Positions 9,866-20,708 of a DNA stretch of 64,000 nt are shown one piece after another. Under the pieces are notes generated by a model, which was not told the DNA's origin, ran no database searches, and saw nothing but the letters and a program-made list of their open reading frames with translations. Source of the stretch: an uncultured Methanosarcinales archaeon (GTDB lineage Archaea; Halobacteriota; Methanosarcinia; Methanosarcinales; Methanosarcinaceae); NCBI GenBank assembly GCA_964532775.1, contig CAZHNA010000001.1, forward strand, positions 585 through 64,584, written 5' to 3'. The position numbers were made by a program, and so were the translations under genes. The number at the start of each line of letters is the position of its first letter. The stretch's first letter is position 1.

Positions 9866-11182
9866 TCATTTTGATTTTTCCTCTAGTTTGACGGTTAAAA
9901 CTGGACCGTCTTTGCCGATTATTTTTACTTTTTCTCCGACCTTGATTATTTCTTCAGATTCGGCTTTCCAGTATTCTCCGTGGTAGCGAACAAAACCGCT
10001 GTTTCCCGGTGAGATTTCGTCAAGTGCTTCTGCACGATCTCCAACCATGTCTTCGCCAACAATTGGCTTTCTTTTCCTTACCTGCATGACCTTGTACAGG
10101 GCAAAAGCAAAGAATATCGCTATGATAACAGTTGGGACTAGTACGTAATATATCATTGTCATTTGTGCCTCTGCTGGACCATACCAGCGTGGGAAATCAT
10201 TAGGTACAAGGAAAACACTGCCTGCTACAAGACAGATAATTCCAGCAATTCCAAATATTCCAAATCCGGACGCTTGCAATTCCAGTATCAACAATACAAT
10301 TCCAACACCTATCAGGAATATCGCAGCAAGGTTGACATCAAATCCGATTCCTATAAGTCCAAGAGTTAGACTGATTCCGCCGAATACTTCCGCACCGACG
10401 CCCGGACTTGAAATCCCAAAAATAATTCCGTATATTCCCAGCATGAGAAGCAGGGATGAGACAATTGGGTTTGAGATGACTTCCATGAATGCCAGTGAGA
10501 TTCCCGGTTCATAAGGAACAATCGTTGCTCCCGAAGTATTGAGTCTCTCACCCTTTACGTTTTCACCATCTACCTGTTCAAGAAGATCATCAATATCTTC
10601 TGCAATGTACTCGATTACATTGGCTTCAAGTGCTTCTTCTGCGTTCAGGTTGAGATTTTTGGTAATGAATTCTTCAGCAGCTGTTTCATTCCTGTCATGC
10701 TTGCTCGCTTTTTCCTTGGCAAGTGCAACAATTGCGTTTATGACTTTTGAGTCATTGATTGGCTGGGAGCCAGTAGGTGATACACTCACGGGCTGGGCGG
10801 AACCAATGACGGTGAATGGTGCCATGGCTGCCACATCAGTGCTGATTAGAATTAGAGTGCCTGCTGACCATGCCTTTGTACCTTCAGGATACACGTATCC
10901 GATAACAGGCACAGGCGATTCATCGATTATCTCTATAATTTCCAGCGTTTCAGCAAGTCCGCCTCCGGGTGTATTTAGAGTAATAACAAGGGCTTCGTAT
11001 CCTTCTTCCTCACATATTGCGAGAGCATCTACAACCATGTCATCGGCAACAGGTGTAATGGAATCATCCATCTCAAGCACCATCACCTCTTCTGCAGATG
11101 CAACTGGAGCAAATAGTAACAGGACTAGTATAAAAGAAAAGAAAGAAAGGTGTTGAAACCCTTTCATATCTTTATCCTCCAC
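9866..11182 (-). CDS. nfeD: NfeD-family membrane-bound serine protease
   Basis: LNTPGG, AWSAG, transmembrane helices, C-terminal GEYWKAES OB fold; next to an SPFH gene. Confidence 0.9.
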   Translation of the reverse strand: MEDKDMKGFQHLSFFSFILVLLLFAPVASAEEVMVLEMDDSITPVADDMVVDALAICEEEGYEALVITLNTPGGGLAETLEIIEIIDESPVPVIGYVYPEGTKAWSAGTLILISTDVAAMAPFTVIGSAQPVSVSPTGSQPINDSKVINAIVALAKEKASKHDRNETAAEEFITKNLNLNAEEALEANVIEYIAEDIDDLLEQVDGENVKGERLNTSGATIVPYEPGISLAFMEVISNPIVSSLLLMLGIYGIIFGISSPGVGAEVFGGISLTLGLIGIGFDVNLAAIFLIGVGIVLLILELQASGFGIFGIAGIICLVAGSVFLVPNDFPRWYGPAEAQMTMIYYVLVPTVIIAIFFAFALYKVMQVRKRKPIVGEDMVGDRAEALDEISPGNSGFVRYHGEYWKAESEEIIKVGEKVKIIGKDGPVLTVKLEEKSK

Positions 11183-11944
11183 TTATTTCTTTGAAAATGC
11201 TTCCGTGAGAGCGGCAATATTACCTGTGTCGCCGGTATTGGTGACCACGACCATATTTCCTTCTCTTGCAACTTCCGCAATGGTTTGCAGTTCCCTGAGT
11301 TTAATGGCTACAGGTACTTCCTGGTACAACTGAGCTGCATCTCTCATCTTCTGGGCTGCCTTGAACTCACCATCTGCAAGAATAATACGTGAACGCTTTT
11401 CTCTTTCAGCTTCTGCCTGTTTGGCAATTGCACGAAGCATTGTATCATCGATGCTCACATCACGCAGAGTGACGGCGGTAACCTTGATGCCCCACGGGTC
11501 AGTGGATGCATCCAGCATTTCCTGAATATCCTTGTTGACATTTTCTCTTGATGAAAGAACATCGTCAAGTTCCATCTGTCCAATAACATCACGAAGGGTA
11601 GTTTGGGAAAGCATTGCAGTCGCAAACATATAGTCTTCTACTTCGGTAATTGCAGATTCTGGGTTGATTACTTTGTAGTATACAACAGCATCAACAGCTA
11701 CAGTCACGTTATCGTGTGTTATGACCGCTTGTTTTGGAACGTCAATTGTTACGACACGCAGATCCACTTTGACCGCCGTATCGACAATAGGGATTATTAA
11801 GAAGATGCCGGGTCCTTTGACCCCACTAAATCGACCTAACCTGAAAATCACAACACGTTCGTACTCCTTCACGACCTTGATGGCCTGTGTAAGGATGCCT
11901 ATCACTACAATAATTGCAAGAATTGTAATTTGTTCTAACACCAT
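11183..11944 (-). CDS. SPFH/stomatin-family protein
   Basis: EYERVVIFRLGR, TDPWGIKV, QAEAEREKR. Confidence 0.93.
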   Translation of the reverse strand: MVLEQITILAIIVVIGILTQAIKVVKEYERVVIFRLGRFSGVKGPGIFLIIPIVDTAVKVDLRVVTIDVPKQAVITHDNVTVAVDAVVYYKVINPESAITEVEDYMFATAMLSQTTLRDVIGQMELDDVLSSRENVNKDIQEMLDASTDPWGIKVTAVTLRDVSIDDTMLRAIAKQAEAEREKRSRIILADGEFKAAQKMRDAAQLYQEVPVAIKLRELQTIAEVAREGNMVVVTNTGDTGNIAALTEAFSKK

Positions 11945-12102
11945 GATTTTAACCTCACCCTAGGGCTAATAATTTGTAAGTATTTGTTTTAAAGGTTGTT
12001 GGCGAAATTGATGGTATCAAGCAGTCTTAATTTTCATAAATCAGAACTTTTCCTTTTCAGCAACCTAAATAAACCAGTAGATCAATCACCCCTACAGATA
12101 CA

Positions 12103-14232
12103 ATGAAAGAGAAATGCAAAGACTGCGGCGGTGCAGGATATACTTCCTTGTCAAAGGAAAAATGCCCGGAATGTAAGGGCTCAGGAAAACCACGTTCTGT
12201 TAATCTCATGTCCATGTCTGAAAAAGATGTGAACAGTTTGCTGAAAGGAGCTGCCTCCTGCGAGAAATGCGGTGGTGCTGGTGAAATCGAAATTAAAGAT
12301 GATTGTCCTTCTTGCAATGGGGCAGGTTATTTCTATAAATGTGAAATGTGTGGAAAATCCATTGATGAGCCAATTGACGGCAAAGAAGTTTGCAAGAATT
12401 GTGCAGAGATTCACGTTGTATATGAATTAGATGACTCCTGCGATAATGCTGAACTTGAAGTGGGTAATCTTTATCATGCCAAAGTGAACAATGTAGTGGA
12501 TTTTGGTGCATTTGTTAATATGAATTCCAATGTCCGGGGTCTTATCCATTCCAGCAATATCAAGGACAAGCTGGAAATCGGTGACAAAATCATCGTTGAA
12601 TTAAATGAGTTGAGACGGGACGGGAAAATGGATCTTATCCCTCGGACTGTTAAAAAATTCACGGCGGTTGAAGTCGAAAAACACATTCCTATTCGCACGT
12701 CTTCTGAACTCAAAGACCTTGTAGGTAAACTTGTGAAAGTAGAGGGTGAAGTCATCCAGGTTAAGCAGACCGGTGGACCTACTATTTTCATAATCTCTGA
12801 TGACGAAGGACTCATATCCGGTGCAGCTTTTGAAAAAGCTGGAGAACGGGCTTATCCTGACATCGACACTGATATGATAGTACGGATTACCGGTGAAGTA
12901 AACCAGAGAGCTGACAAGTTGCAGGTTGAAGTACGCAGCATGAAGCATCTTACCGGTGAACTGGAAAAATCCGTAAAAGCAAGGATAGATGCTGCTCTTG
13001 ATAAAAGGGCAGAACCTTCTGATACTGAATTCCTCGTGGAAAGCGAAATCATGGAGAAACTACGTCCTGCAATGAAGGATGTAGCTCGTGTAATCAAAAA
13101 AGCTGTAATCCGATCCCGGCCGATTCTCTTACGTCATCATGCTGACGCTGATGGGATGACGGCAGCCGTAGCAATTGAAAAAGCAATATTGCCGATGATT
13201 CAGGAGATCAATGGTGCTGATTCTGAATATCATTTCTATAAACGTGCTCCTTCAAAAGCACCATTTTATGAAATGATGGATGTTACCAAAGACATTTCTT
13301 ATGCTCTTGAAGATTCGGTTCGACATGGTCAGAAACTACCTCTTATTGTCATGGTGGATAACGGTTCCACGGACGAAGATGTTCCAGCGATGAAATATGT
13401 GGAACTTTATGGCATGGATATGGTTGTAGTTGACCATCATCACCCACATGAATCCGTAGATCGGTATCTGAAAGCTCATGTAAATCCTGCTCATGTAGGC
13501 GGAGATTTCGGGGTCACTGCCGGTATGCTTTCCGCAGAAGTTGCGAGGATGATCAATCCTGATGTGACAGAGAAAATTAAGCATTTACCAGCGGTATCTG
13601 CAGTTGGGGATCGCTCCGAAGCACCTGAAGCAGGTCGCTATATCGAACTTGTTTCAAAGTATTATTCTCTTGAAAAACTTAAGAAAATGGCTCTCGCATT
13701 GGACTTTGAAGCATATTGGCTTAAGTTTAGCAGCGGGAAGCAAATTATTGACGATATCCTTAACCTATCTAGCTCTCCTCGTCACAGCAAGCTTGTGTCA
13801 CTTCTTTGTGAACAAGCCAATGAAATGATAGATGAGCAGCTTGAAGCGTGCTTGCCGAATGTTAAATCCACTGAATTGCCAAACGGCGCAATTATGAATG
13901 TACTGGATGTGGAAAATTATGCTCACAAATTCACTTTCCCACCACCCGGTAAGACTTCTGGTGAAGTCCATGACAAGTTATGCCGGAAATTTGAAGGTAA
14001 GCCTGTAATTACCATTGGTTACGGTCCGGACTTTGCTGTAATTCGCTCTCGCGGAGTGAAAATGAATATCCCACAAATGGTGCGGGAACTTCATGATGAA
14101 CTTGTAGGAGCCGGTGTCAACGGAGGAGGCCACCTTGTTGTAGGCAGTATCAAGTTTGTTGAAGGTATGAGGAAAGATGTACTTTCAAGATTGGCTGAAA
14201 TGGTTGGTGCAGTAGGAGTAGAGGAAGTTTAA
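12103..14232 (+). CDS. RecJ-like DHH phosphoesterase with DnaJ-type Zn-finger repeats and S1/OB domains
   Basis: Repeated CxxCxGxG, S1 (DFGAFV), HHADADG, DHH, GGGH. Confidence 0.88.
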   Translation: MKEKCKDCGGAGYTSLSKEKCPECKGSGKPRSVNLMSMSEKDVNSLLKGAASCEKCGGAGEIEIKDDCPSCNGAGYFYKCEMCGKSIDEPIDGKEVCKNCAEIHVVYELDDSCDNAELEVGNLYHAKVNNVVDFGAFVNMNSNVRGLIHSSNIKDKLEIGDKIIVELNELRRDGKMDLIPRTVKKFTAVEVEKHIPIRTSSELKDLVGKLVKVEGEVIQVKQTGGPTIFIISDDEGLISGAAFEKAGERAYPDIDTDMIVRITGEVNQRADKLQVEVRSMKHLTGELEKSVKARIDAALDKRAEPSDTEFLVESEIMEKLRPAMKDVARVIKKAVIRSRPILLRHHADADGMTAAVAIEKAILPMIQEINGADSEYHFYKRAPSKAPFYEMMDVTKDISYALEDSVRHGQKLPLIVMVDNGSTDEDVPAMKYVELYGMDMVVVDHHHPHESVDRYLKAHVNPAHVGGDFGVTAGMLSAEVARMINPDVTEKIKHLPAVSAVGDRSEAPEAGRYIELVSKYYSLEKLKKMALALDFEAYWLKFSSGKQIIDDILNLSSSPRHSKLVSLLCEQANEMIDEQLEACLPNVKSTELPNGAIMNVLDVENYAHKFTFPPPGKTSGEVHDKLCRKFEGKPVITIGYGPDFAVIRSRGVKMNIPQMVRELHDELVGAGVNGGGHLVVGSIKFVEGMRKDVLSRLAEMVGAVGVEEV

Positions 14233-14238
14233 ACTTCC

Positions 14239-14853
14239 TCAATCCACCCTTACAATATGTACAAGAGCACTAACAGGAACGCCTTCTATATGGTCTGCAT
14301 TCTTCTTATCAAGAATGACGGCAATTGAAACAGGTTTTGCTCCGCTGTCTCTTAACTGCTTGCAAACATCGGTTGTCGTGGAACCAGATGAAATGACATC
14401 GTCAACAATCACACAGTTCTTTCCAGAAACGTTTCCGAAATTCCTGCTGAAAATACCTCTTTGACTTTCCTTTTCTTTCTGATTGTCATATCCGTGGAAG
14501 ATTGCAAAATCAGCGCCGAGTTCTTCTGCCATCATGCTTGCCATTGGGACGCCGCTAAGACCGACTCCTACGACCATATTTACGGTTTCATTATTTTCAT
14601 CGAGGCTCTCAAGAACCATGTCACAGAGAGCAAGAGAAATATATCGCAAACGGTGAGAACTTTTACCTATGTTACTCCAGTTCACAGAGATGTCCTTTGG
14701 TGCAGCAGGGGATGAAACACCTCTTTTTGCCCTTGTGAGAAGCCATGTTACAGTGTCTCTTGACACATTCAACTCATTGGCAATTTCTCCGGTAACCAGA
14801 CCATTTGCCTGCAGTTCAACTGCTTTCTGTATTAATTCATCAATATTCTTCAT
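14239..14853 (-). CDS. Orotate phosphoribosyltransferase-like protein with N-terminal HTH (GfcR-like regulator)
   Basis: [17 protein letters not shown] helix-turn-helix; PRPP motif [10 protein letters not shown]. Confidence 0.85.
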   Translation of the reverse strand: MKNIDELIQKAVELQANGLVTGEIANELNVSRDTVTWLLTRAKRGVSSPAAPKDISVNWSNIGKSSHRLRYISLALCDMVLESLDENNETVNMVVGVGLSGVPMASMMAEELGADFAIFHGYDNQKEKESQRGIFSRNFGNVSGKNCVIVDDVISSGSTTTDVCKQLRDSGAKPVSIAVILDKKNADHIEGVPVSALVHIVRVD

Positions 14854-14895
14854 GTTGGCACCACTTTCTAATGACATGTCCTATTATCTTTTACC

Positions 14896-15372
14896 TTATA
14901 CTTTTCTTTTGCGGGTTTTTTTCAGGGGTGACCCACAAACCGGACAGTCATCTCCGCTGTCAAACTTTCGTCTGCATCCGGTACATTTTTTCCCCCAGAT
15001 TATGCGGTCCTTAATTTTCTTTTGCGAAACTGGCTTAACTTCAATTCCGAGAAGCAGGGCAACATTCTGCACTGCATAATCATCTGTAAGAAGCACCGCA
15101 TTATCTTTATACTCAAAAGCCTTGGCAAGAATGTCAATATCTGTTCCGGAAAGTTCTTCGATATCACGAGTATTCCCGGCCATGCGGCGAATTTCTGCAA
15201 CTGCCTCTGGATCAGGTTGCTCTACCCTCGCACCGGTTTCAATCGCCAGTAAACCTTCAATACTGGATTCCCTGCTTTTTAGTTCATCAACAACAGTCGG
15301 GACGGTTACAAAAGTAGCGTTTTCCCTGTACCGGTTGATAAAAACTGCAGTATCAGCCACGAGGATTTTCAT
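14896..15372 (-). CDS. nob1: Nob1-family PIN endoribonuclease
   Basis: LVADTA, LSGTDIDILA, TDDYAVQNVA, Zn ribbon CTGC...CPVCG. Confidence 0.92.
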   Translation of the reverse strand: MKILVADTAVFINRYRENATFVTVPTVVDELKSRESSIEGLLAIETGARVEQPDPEAVAEIRRMAGNTRDIEELSGTDIDILAKAFEYKDNAVLLTDDYAVQNVALLLGIEVKPVSQKKIKDRIIWGKKCTGCRRKFDSGDDCPVCGSPLKKTRKRKV

Positions 15373-15415
15373 ACTCTTGGCTTATGCATTAATAGGATTA
15401 AACAACATCGATATC

Positions 15416-16786
15416 TCAGAAAAGAGATTTTAGAGGCAGTTCATCTTTAATCTCAAACCCTTCTGGAGTTATCACAAATTCCCTCAGCTGATTTTCAGGG
15501 GTTGCAAGAGCAACTTTTTGAACTAAAATACCTCGTTTCATCTCGGTTTTGCCTTTCACATAGTTCAAAGAGATCTTGTTGTCCATCAGGAATGCTTTTC
15601 CAGAATCGCTGTTTTTTGTACTTCCTTTTGTAGAACTGAAGATTGACGTAGCGTTATGATTTTTGAGAGTCGCAGATAAATAACGTATATACTGTGTACC
15701 TTCTTCTTCCCCCAGAGCTTCCATATACCTTTCCAGATCGTCCACAAATACTCTTGTTGATCCGTTTTCCTCAACAATTTTTTCCAGCTTTGCAATGTGT
15801 TTTGGTACGTCCAGATAATTTGTTTTTTCTTCGAGAACGGTGATGGAGTTGTCCTTGAGTAGTTTTTCCATATCTAATCCAATTGCAGAAGCCATTCCTT
15901 TTAGGCGATCTATGTTTTCATCGAAGGTAACAATAACGCCTTTCTCGTTGGAGGTGGCGCCAGAGCAAACATACTGTAATCCAAAAGCGGTTTTTCCAAT
16001 TCCTGCATCTCCACATAGCAATGTAGAACTGTTTTTTGGAATTCCACCAGACATACTTTTATCAAGTTCTTCAATGCCGGATGTGATTGTTCCCTCTAAA
16101 TTAGATGTGATTTCCTTACCTCTGGGAAGCACCATTATTCCATCGTTGGTTATGGAAAACAGGTGTTTTCCCGGAATACATTCCTTGCCGCGCAATTTAA
16201 GGACTTCCAGATGTCTTGTTCTGCGAAAATCGTCTTTGTCGTTTGATAGGTGTATTATTCCGTCAACAACATAGCTGAGGTCGCTTTTAATTAATTCTTC
16301 TTCGGTAAGTTCAGCTGTAATAATTACCAGAGCACCCCATTTTTTCATTCTCTGGAAAAGATCAAAATAAAACCGCCTTTGCGCTCCGATATCAAAGGTG
16401 CATCCGATTGCATTGATTGGATCTATGACAATGCGGTCAGGGCGTATTTTTTCAATAGATTCTTCAAGGTTCCACATAAATGAGTAGACACCCCTATCAA
16501 GAGCCTCTGTACCGATTGGAACCTGATGAATATTACCTTTTGAAAGCAATGAAACATTGTAAAAGCTCATTCCCGTAAGGAAATTATGGACAAGGGATGA
16601 AGGCTCAATGTCAGAAGTTACATACATGCATACTTCGCCCTTTTCCTCAGCAAGAAAAAGAGATTGCATAGCCATCGTTGTTTTACCAGTGCCCGCAGCG
16701 CCAGCTATCAGGATGGTAGAAGGCTTGTGAAATCCTCCTCCAATTATTTCATCGAGTCCTTTTATTCGGGAAAACGTTTCATCCAT
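15416..16786 (-). CDS. Double-domain KaiC-like ATPase
   Basis: Two RecA-type domains with Walker A GAAGTGKT and GDAGIGKT; VLKLRG. Confidence 0.85.
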   Translation of the reverse strand: MDETFSRIKGLDEIIGGGFHKPSTILIAGAAGTGKTTMAMQSLFLAEEKGEVCMYVTSDIEPSSLVHNFLTGMSFYNVSLLSKGNIHQVPIGTEALDRGVYSFMWNLEESIEKIRPDRIVIDPINAIGCTFDIGAQRRFYFDLFQRMKKWGALVIITAELTEEELIKSDLSYVVDGIIHLSNDKDDFRRTRHLEVLKLRGKECIPGKHLFSITNDGIMVLPRGKEITSNLEGTITSGIEELDKSMSGGIPKNSSTLLCGDAGIGKTAFGLQYVCSGATSNEKGVIVTFDENIDRLKGMASAIGLDMEKLLKDNSITVLEEKTNYLDVPKHIAKLEKIVEENGSTRVFVDDLERYMEALGEEEGTQYIRYLSATLKNHNATSIFSSTKGSTKNSDSGKAFLMDNKISLNYVKGKTEMKRGILVQKVALATPENQLREFVITPEGFEIKDELPLKSLF

Positions 16787-16907
16787 GGTGAACCCCTTTG
16801 GATATGTCTAAAAATATATTGAAGCACAGCATATAATTATCTTTTCCCTCTTTTTCATAGGAAAGGTACATATATTTGCTTCCTAAACCCTTCATTGGTG
16901 TAAATTA

Positions 16908-17690
16908 ATGGATCTGGCTGTCTCAAAGGAAAAGATAATAGAATTCATTCGTGCAAAGTGCGAAGACGCAAATTGCAATGGAGTTGTAGTAGGACTTAGC
17001 GGGGGAATTGACTCCACTCTGGTTGCATACCTTTCTGCCGAAGCACTCGGATATGAAAATGTTCTTGGGTTGCACATGCCTGAATTGAACGTTACACCAG
17101 CCGAAGATGTACTGGATGCAACGCAGGTTGCTTCCATTCTTGGCATTGAGTTCAAAACAATCAATATTTCTGAAATAGTGGATTCATTTCTTGATAATAT
17201 GCCGGAGGGTGATTCCTCGGAGTTTCATGTCAATGGCAACCTGAAAGCCAGAATTAGAATGTCTATATTATACTATTATGCAAATCTCGCAGGGTATCTG
17301 GTAGCCGGTACCGGGAATAAAACTGAGATTTTGCTGGGTTATTACACAAAATACGGTGATGGTGGTGTTGACATCGAACCCATTGGCGATCTTTATAAAA
17401 CAGAAGTATGTCAGCTTGCCGAAATGTTGGACGTGCCTGCAGATATTATTAACAAACCACCTTCCGCAGCTCTTCGGGTGGGACAGACGGATGAGGAAGA
17501 TCTTGGTCTGCCTTATGAAACAATTGACCGGGTTCTTACGCTCCTTCTGGAAGGTATGGAGACAAATGTAGTTCAATCAATGGTCGGAATTTCCGTTGAA
17601 GAAATGCACTCGCTCCTGAGCAGGATAAATTCGAATATCCACAAAAGAAAAGTCCCTCCAATTGCAGATCTCAATGATTTGCGTTTCTAA
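16908..17690 (+). CDS. nadE: NH3-dependent NAD+ synthetase
   Basis: GLSGGIDS, NLKARIRM, GYYTKYGDG, GQTDEEDLG. Confidence 0.95.
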   Translation: MDLAVSKEKIIEFIRAKCEDANCNGVVVGLSGGIDSTLVAYLSAEALGYENVLGLHMPELNVTPAEDVLDATQVASILGIEFKTINISEIVDSFLDNMPEGDSSEFHVNGNLKARIRMSILYYYANLAGYLVAGTGNKTEILLGYYTKYGDGGVDIEPIGDLYKTEVCQLAEMLDVPADIINKPPSAALRVGQTDEEDLGLPYETIDRVLTLLLEGMETNVVQSMVGISVEEMHSLLSRINSNIHKRKVPPIADLNDLRF

Positions 17691-17695
17691 AAAAA

Positions 17696-18979
17696 TTATC
17701 TTGAAGGGTGGATGTTTTTGTCTTGCTTCATCCTTACAAGAGGCATTGACAAATGTCTTCTTGCACAGGGAGGTACTTCATAAATACCGATTTCAAGTTC
17801 CCTTGGGATGTTAACTATTTCAGGTTCTGCCGCAGTTGTCTTACAGGCACGACACCTGTATCCTTGATTCTTGCCGGCAGATTTCATTCGTTTTTTGCAG
17901 GAAGCACAGGTCGGATTCACAAATTCAGATTTTGGCTGTAGTTTTTTAATCTCAAGCTTCTCAATATTAAATGTCTCGTCTTTCACACTACCAGACAATT
18001 CCACATGGTCGCCAAGAATAAGTTTTCTCACAAGTTCCCTGAAATTTTTGGTTGGCTCAAATGCAGCACAGTCGATGCTATTTCCATTTTCGTCAGTGCC
18101 TTCGAAAAAGGTGTGGCCGCCTTCTATTGTATGGGGGTCAGTTGCTACTTTTAGTTCGATAGTATAGGAATGTAAATCCTGTAAATCTTCGATGGAAGAT
18201 GCAGGAATCAGGTGCATGTCTGTTCCCTGGTTTGTCCGGTAAAGGGTTTGCCTTTCGATATCTTCTCCCACAAGTATGTCTGCAGTTTTCTGGATTGCAT
18301 CTTTGTCCTGTCCCCGAATTCCAAAAAGAACAGGGTCAACAGAATGTGGCACACACACGACCATATTGTTAGCCACATCGACATTGTCCCATGTGTCAGG
18401 ATAGGTAGTAGTGTCTGCTTTCCAGACACTTTCATCATTGACATAGCGCAGGGTTCCCCAATTGTCCGGTTGCCTGTAAGCAAGTAATTCGTAAGTGTGG
18501 TCCCACTGCTCTGAAAGAACTGCACCACAGGCAGCAAGAGCGCCAATAAGCCCTCTTCCATTTTTGTATCCGTGTGCTTCTAATTTGTTTCTTGAGATGA
18601 TTTCCTTTGCACGGTCAATTGTTATAACTTCCCGGACGGTTTCAAGGAAAAAGTTTGAAAGTTCTTCCCTGCAATTTTCAACTTGGTCCGGTAGAATAAA
18701 TACGACACCGGGATTGGTGTTATCATCCTGAAATTGTGCAAGCTCTTCTACTTTTCTGATTACGTGGGAAATTACATTTTCTGTTTGCTCTGTTTCGATT
18801 TGCAGGGCTACTGCTGCATTTCCTCTTGTCTTGTAGGGAATTGTGGGATTCAGGCGGATAAGGAGTGGATCATCCGTAATTTTGCCATATTGCTGTAACT
18901 CTTCAAAAAGCAAGGCTCCAAGATAGGTGGTACACATGCCGGAATTCCGAGAATCGGTGTCATCAAAAGCAATTATCAT
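17696..18979 (-). CDS. tiaS: tRNA(Ile2) agmatinylcytidine synthase
   Basis: DDTDS...GMCTTY, RLNPTIPYKTRGN, TNQGTD, C-terminal Zn ribbon, ARRHLS. Confidence 0.95.
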   Translation of the reverse strand: MIIAFDDTDSRNSGMCTTYLGALLFEELQQYGKITDDPLLIRLNPTIPYKTRGNAAVALQIETEQTENVISHVIRKVEELAQFQDDNTNPGVVFILPDQVENCREELSNFFLETVREVITIDRAKEIISRNKLEAHGYKNGRGLIGALAACGAVLSEQWDHTYELLAYRQPDNWGTLRYVNDESVWKADTTTYPDTWDNVDVANNMVVCVPHSVDPVLFGIRGQDKDAIQKTADILVGEDIERQTLYRTNQGTDMHLIPASSIEDLQDLHSYTIELKVATDPHTIEGGHTFFEGTDENGNSIDCAAFEPTKNFRELVRKLILGDHVELSGSVKDETFNIEKLEIKKLQPKSEFVNPTCASCKKRMKSAGKNQGYRCRACKTTAAEPEIVNIPRELEIGIYEVPPCARRHLSMPLVRMKQDKNIHPSR

Positions 18980-19044
18980 ATGTTCAACGCTAGCATTTAC
19001 GGCAGATATATTTATATACTTGTGTCTGGAAGTTTCTACCAGTC

Positions 19045-20010
19045 ATGACAAAAGACATTCTGATACATCAAATAATTGATGTATTGAAGCGTGCTGATTT
19101 TGTAATTTCTAACAGATGCAATATCCGTTCGCGAAGTTTTGATCTTGCTGCAAGAAAGGGTGATGTTCTTCTTTTCTGCAAGGTTTTATACAATATTGAC
19201 AGCCTGAATGAGGATACAGCTTCTGAAATGAGATCTCTGGCGGAATATCTGGGAGGTTCTCCGATACTAATTGGCGCCAAAACACGGGATCAATTGCTTG
19301 AAGACAGTGTAGTTTACATGAGGTATGACATCCCGGCTCTCAATCTTCAGACCCTTTATGACTGTTTTGTCGAAGATGTTCCTCCATTAGTTTCAGCAGC
19401 TCCCGGTGGACTATATGTTTCAATTGATGGTGATGTGCTAAAAGAAGCCCGTAGCAGAATGGCATTTTCCCTCGGTGCCCTTGCGACACATCTGGGTGTA
19501 TCCAGACGTACCATCAGCAAGTATGAAGAAGGCTGCATGGATGCTTCCATAGATGTGGTTCTCCAGCTTGAAGAACTGCTGGATGTCGCTCTTGCACGTT
19601 CCATAGATATTCTGGAGAGAGGTCTGAAAGAGAACCGATCAGATTTCAGTTCCGAAAAGAATCCTCCTTCCGGGAACAGTACCCTGAGTTTCATTCAAGG
19701 TTTGGGCTATGATGTGCTTTCGACAGATCAGGCTCCATTTAAGGCAGTTTCTAAAGACCCTTCTACGGTTTTTCTTACCGGAATAAGTGAATACAGTGGG
19801 TCCATGCTCAAACGGGCTCATCTGATGAGTAGTATCTCTGAGGTTACCCAAACCAGATCTGTCTATATCATTGAAGGCAAAAGCAAATACACTTCAGTGG
19901 AAAATACTGTTTTGATTGAGAAGAAAGAACTTGATTCCCTTTCAGATTCTGATGAATTGGATACTCTTATCAATGAGCGTTCAAAAGAGCGGTCAAAAAT
20001 TTCAAGTTGA
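19045..20010 (+). CDS. Archaeal Cro/C1-type HTH transcriptional regulator
   Basis: SFDLAARK, APGGLYV, HTH SLGALATHLGVSRRTISKYE; divergent from tiaS. Confidence 0.85.
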   Translation: MTKDILIHQIIDVLKRADFVISNRCNIRSRSFDLAARKGDVLLFCKVLYNIDSLNEDTASEMRSLAEYLGGSPILIGAKTRDQLLEDSVVYMRYDIPALNLQTLYDCFVEDVPPLVSAAPGGLYVSIDGDVLKEARSRMAFSLGALATHLGVSRRTISKYEEGCMDASIDVVLQLEELLDVALARSIDILERGLKENRSDFSSEKNPPSGNSTLSFIQGLGYDVLSTDQAPFKAVSKDPSTVFLTGISEYSGSMLKRAHLMSSISEVTQTRSVYIIEGKSKYTSVENTVLIEKKELDSLSDSDELDTLINERSKERSKISS

Positions 20011-20056
20011 ACTCTTTCCAAAACTCTAATATATACTTATTAACTATGATTGTCCG

Positions 20057-20665
20057 ATGACTCTCAACATAGCAGTGCTGGTCTCCGGACGAGGCTCAAA
20101 TCTCCAGTCCATAATTGACAGCATCGAAAACGGTTACATCAAGGATGCTACTGTTCGTGCTGTTGTCAGTGACAAAGAGGATGCCTATGCACTTGAGAGG
20201 GCAAGAAATTACGGAATAGATGCGGTTTTTGTTAATCCGTCATCATTCTCCGACAAGGATCAGTACGAGAGTCGTGTTCTGGAGATCCTTGACGATCATG
20301 ACGTGGAATTGCTATTGCTTGCAGGTTACATGCGATTGCTTGGGTCCGGTATTGTCCGGCATTTTAAGAACAGGATAATTAACATACATCCAGCACTTCT
20401 TCCTTCTTTTAAAGGGCTTCATGCACAAAAGCAGGCATTGGAGCATGGGGTTAAAGTTGCAGGCTGTACAGTTCATTTTGTGGATGAAGATGTGGATTCC
20501 GGTCCTATAATCCTGCAAAAATGTGTTCCTGTGCTTGATGATGATACGGAAGATTCGCTTGCACAACGCATTCTAGCAGAGGAACACCAGATATATTCCG
20601 AAGCCGTAAAACTGTATGCAGAAAGGCGTCTTAAAATAAAAGGACGCATTGTTTCAATATCATAA
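20057..20665 (+). CDS. purN: Phosphoribosylglycinamide formyltransferase
   Basis: [28 protein letters not shown]...DSGPII. Confidence 0.96.
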   Translation: MTLNIAVLVSGRGSNLQSIIDSIENGYIKDATVRAVVSDKEDAYALERARNYGIDAVFVNPSSFSDKDQYESRVLEILDDHDVELLLLAGYMRLLGSGIVRHFKNRIINIHPALLPSFKGLHAQKQALEHGVKVAGCTVHFVDEDVDSGPIILQKCVPVLDDDTEDSLAQRILAEEHQIYSEAVKLYAERRLKIKGRIVSIS

Positions 20666-20708
20666 ATTTTTAACAAATCTCATTAAATCCAAAGGAAGGG
20701 AAAAAGGT

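Noticed and set aside
10539-11156. Long antisense ORFs (also 22959..23534, 44273..45001, 24081..24590)
   Set aside because: Shadow frames of well-supported genes, with no motifs or ribosome-binding sites.
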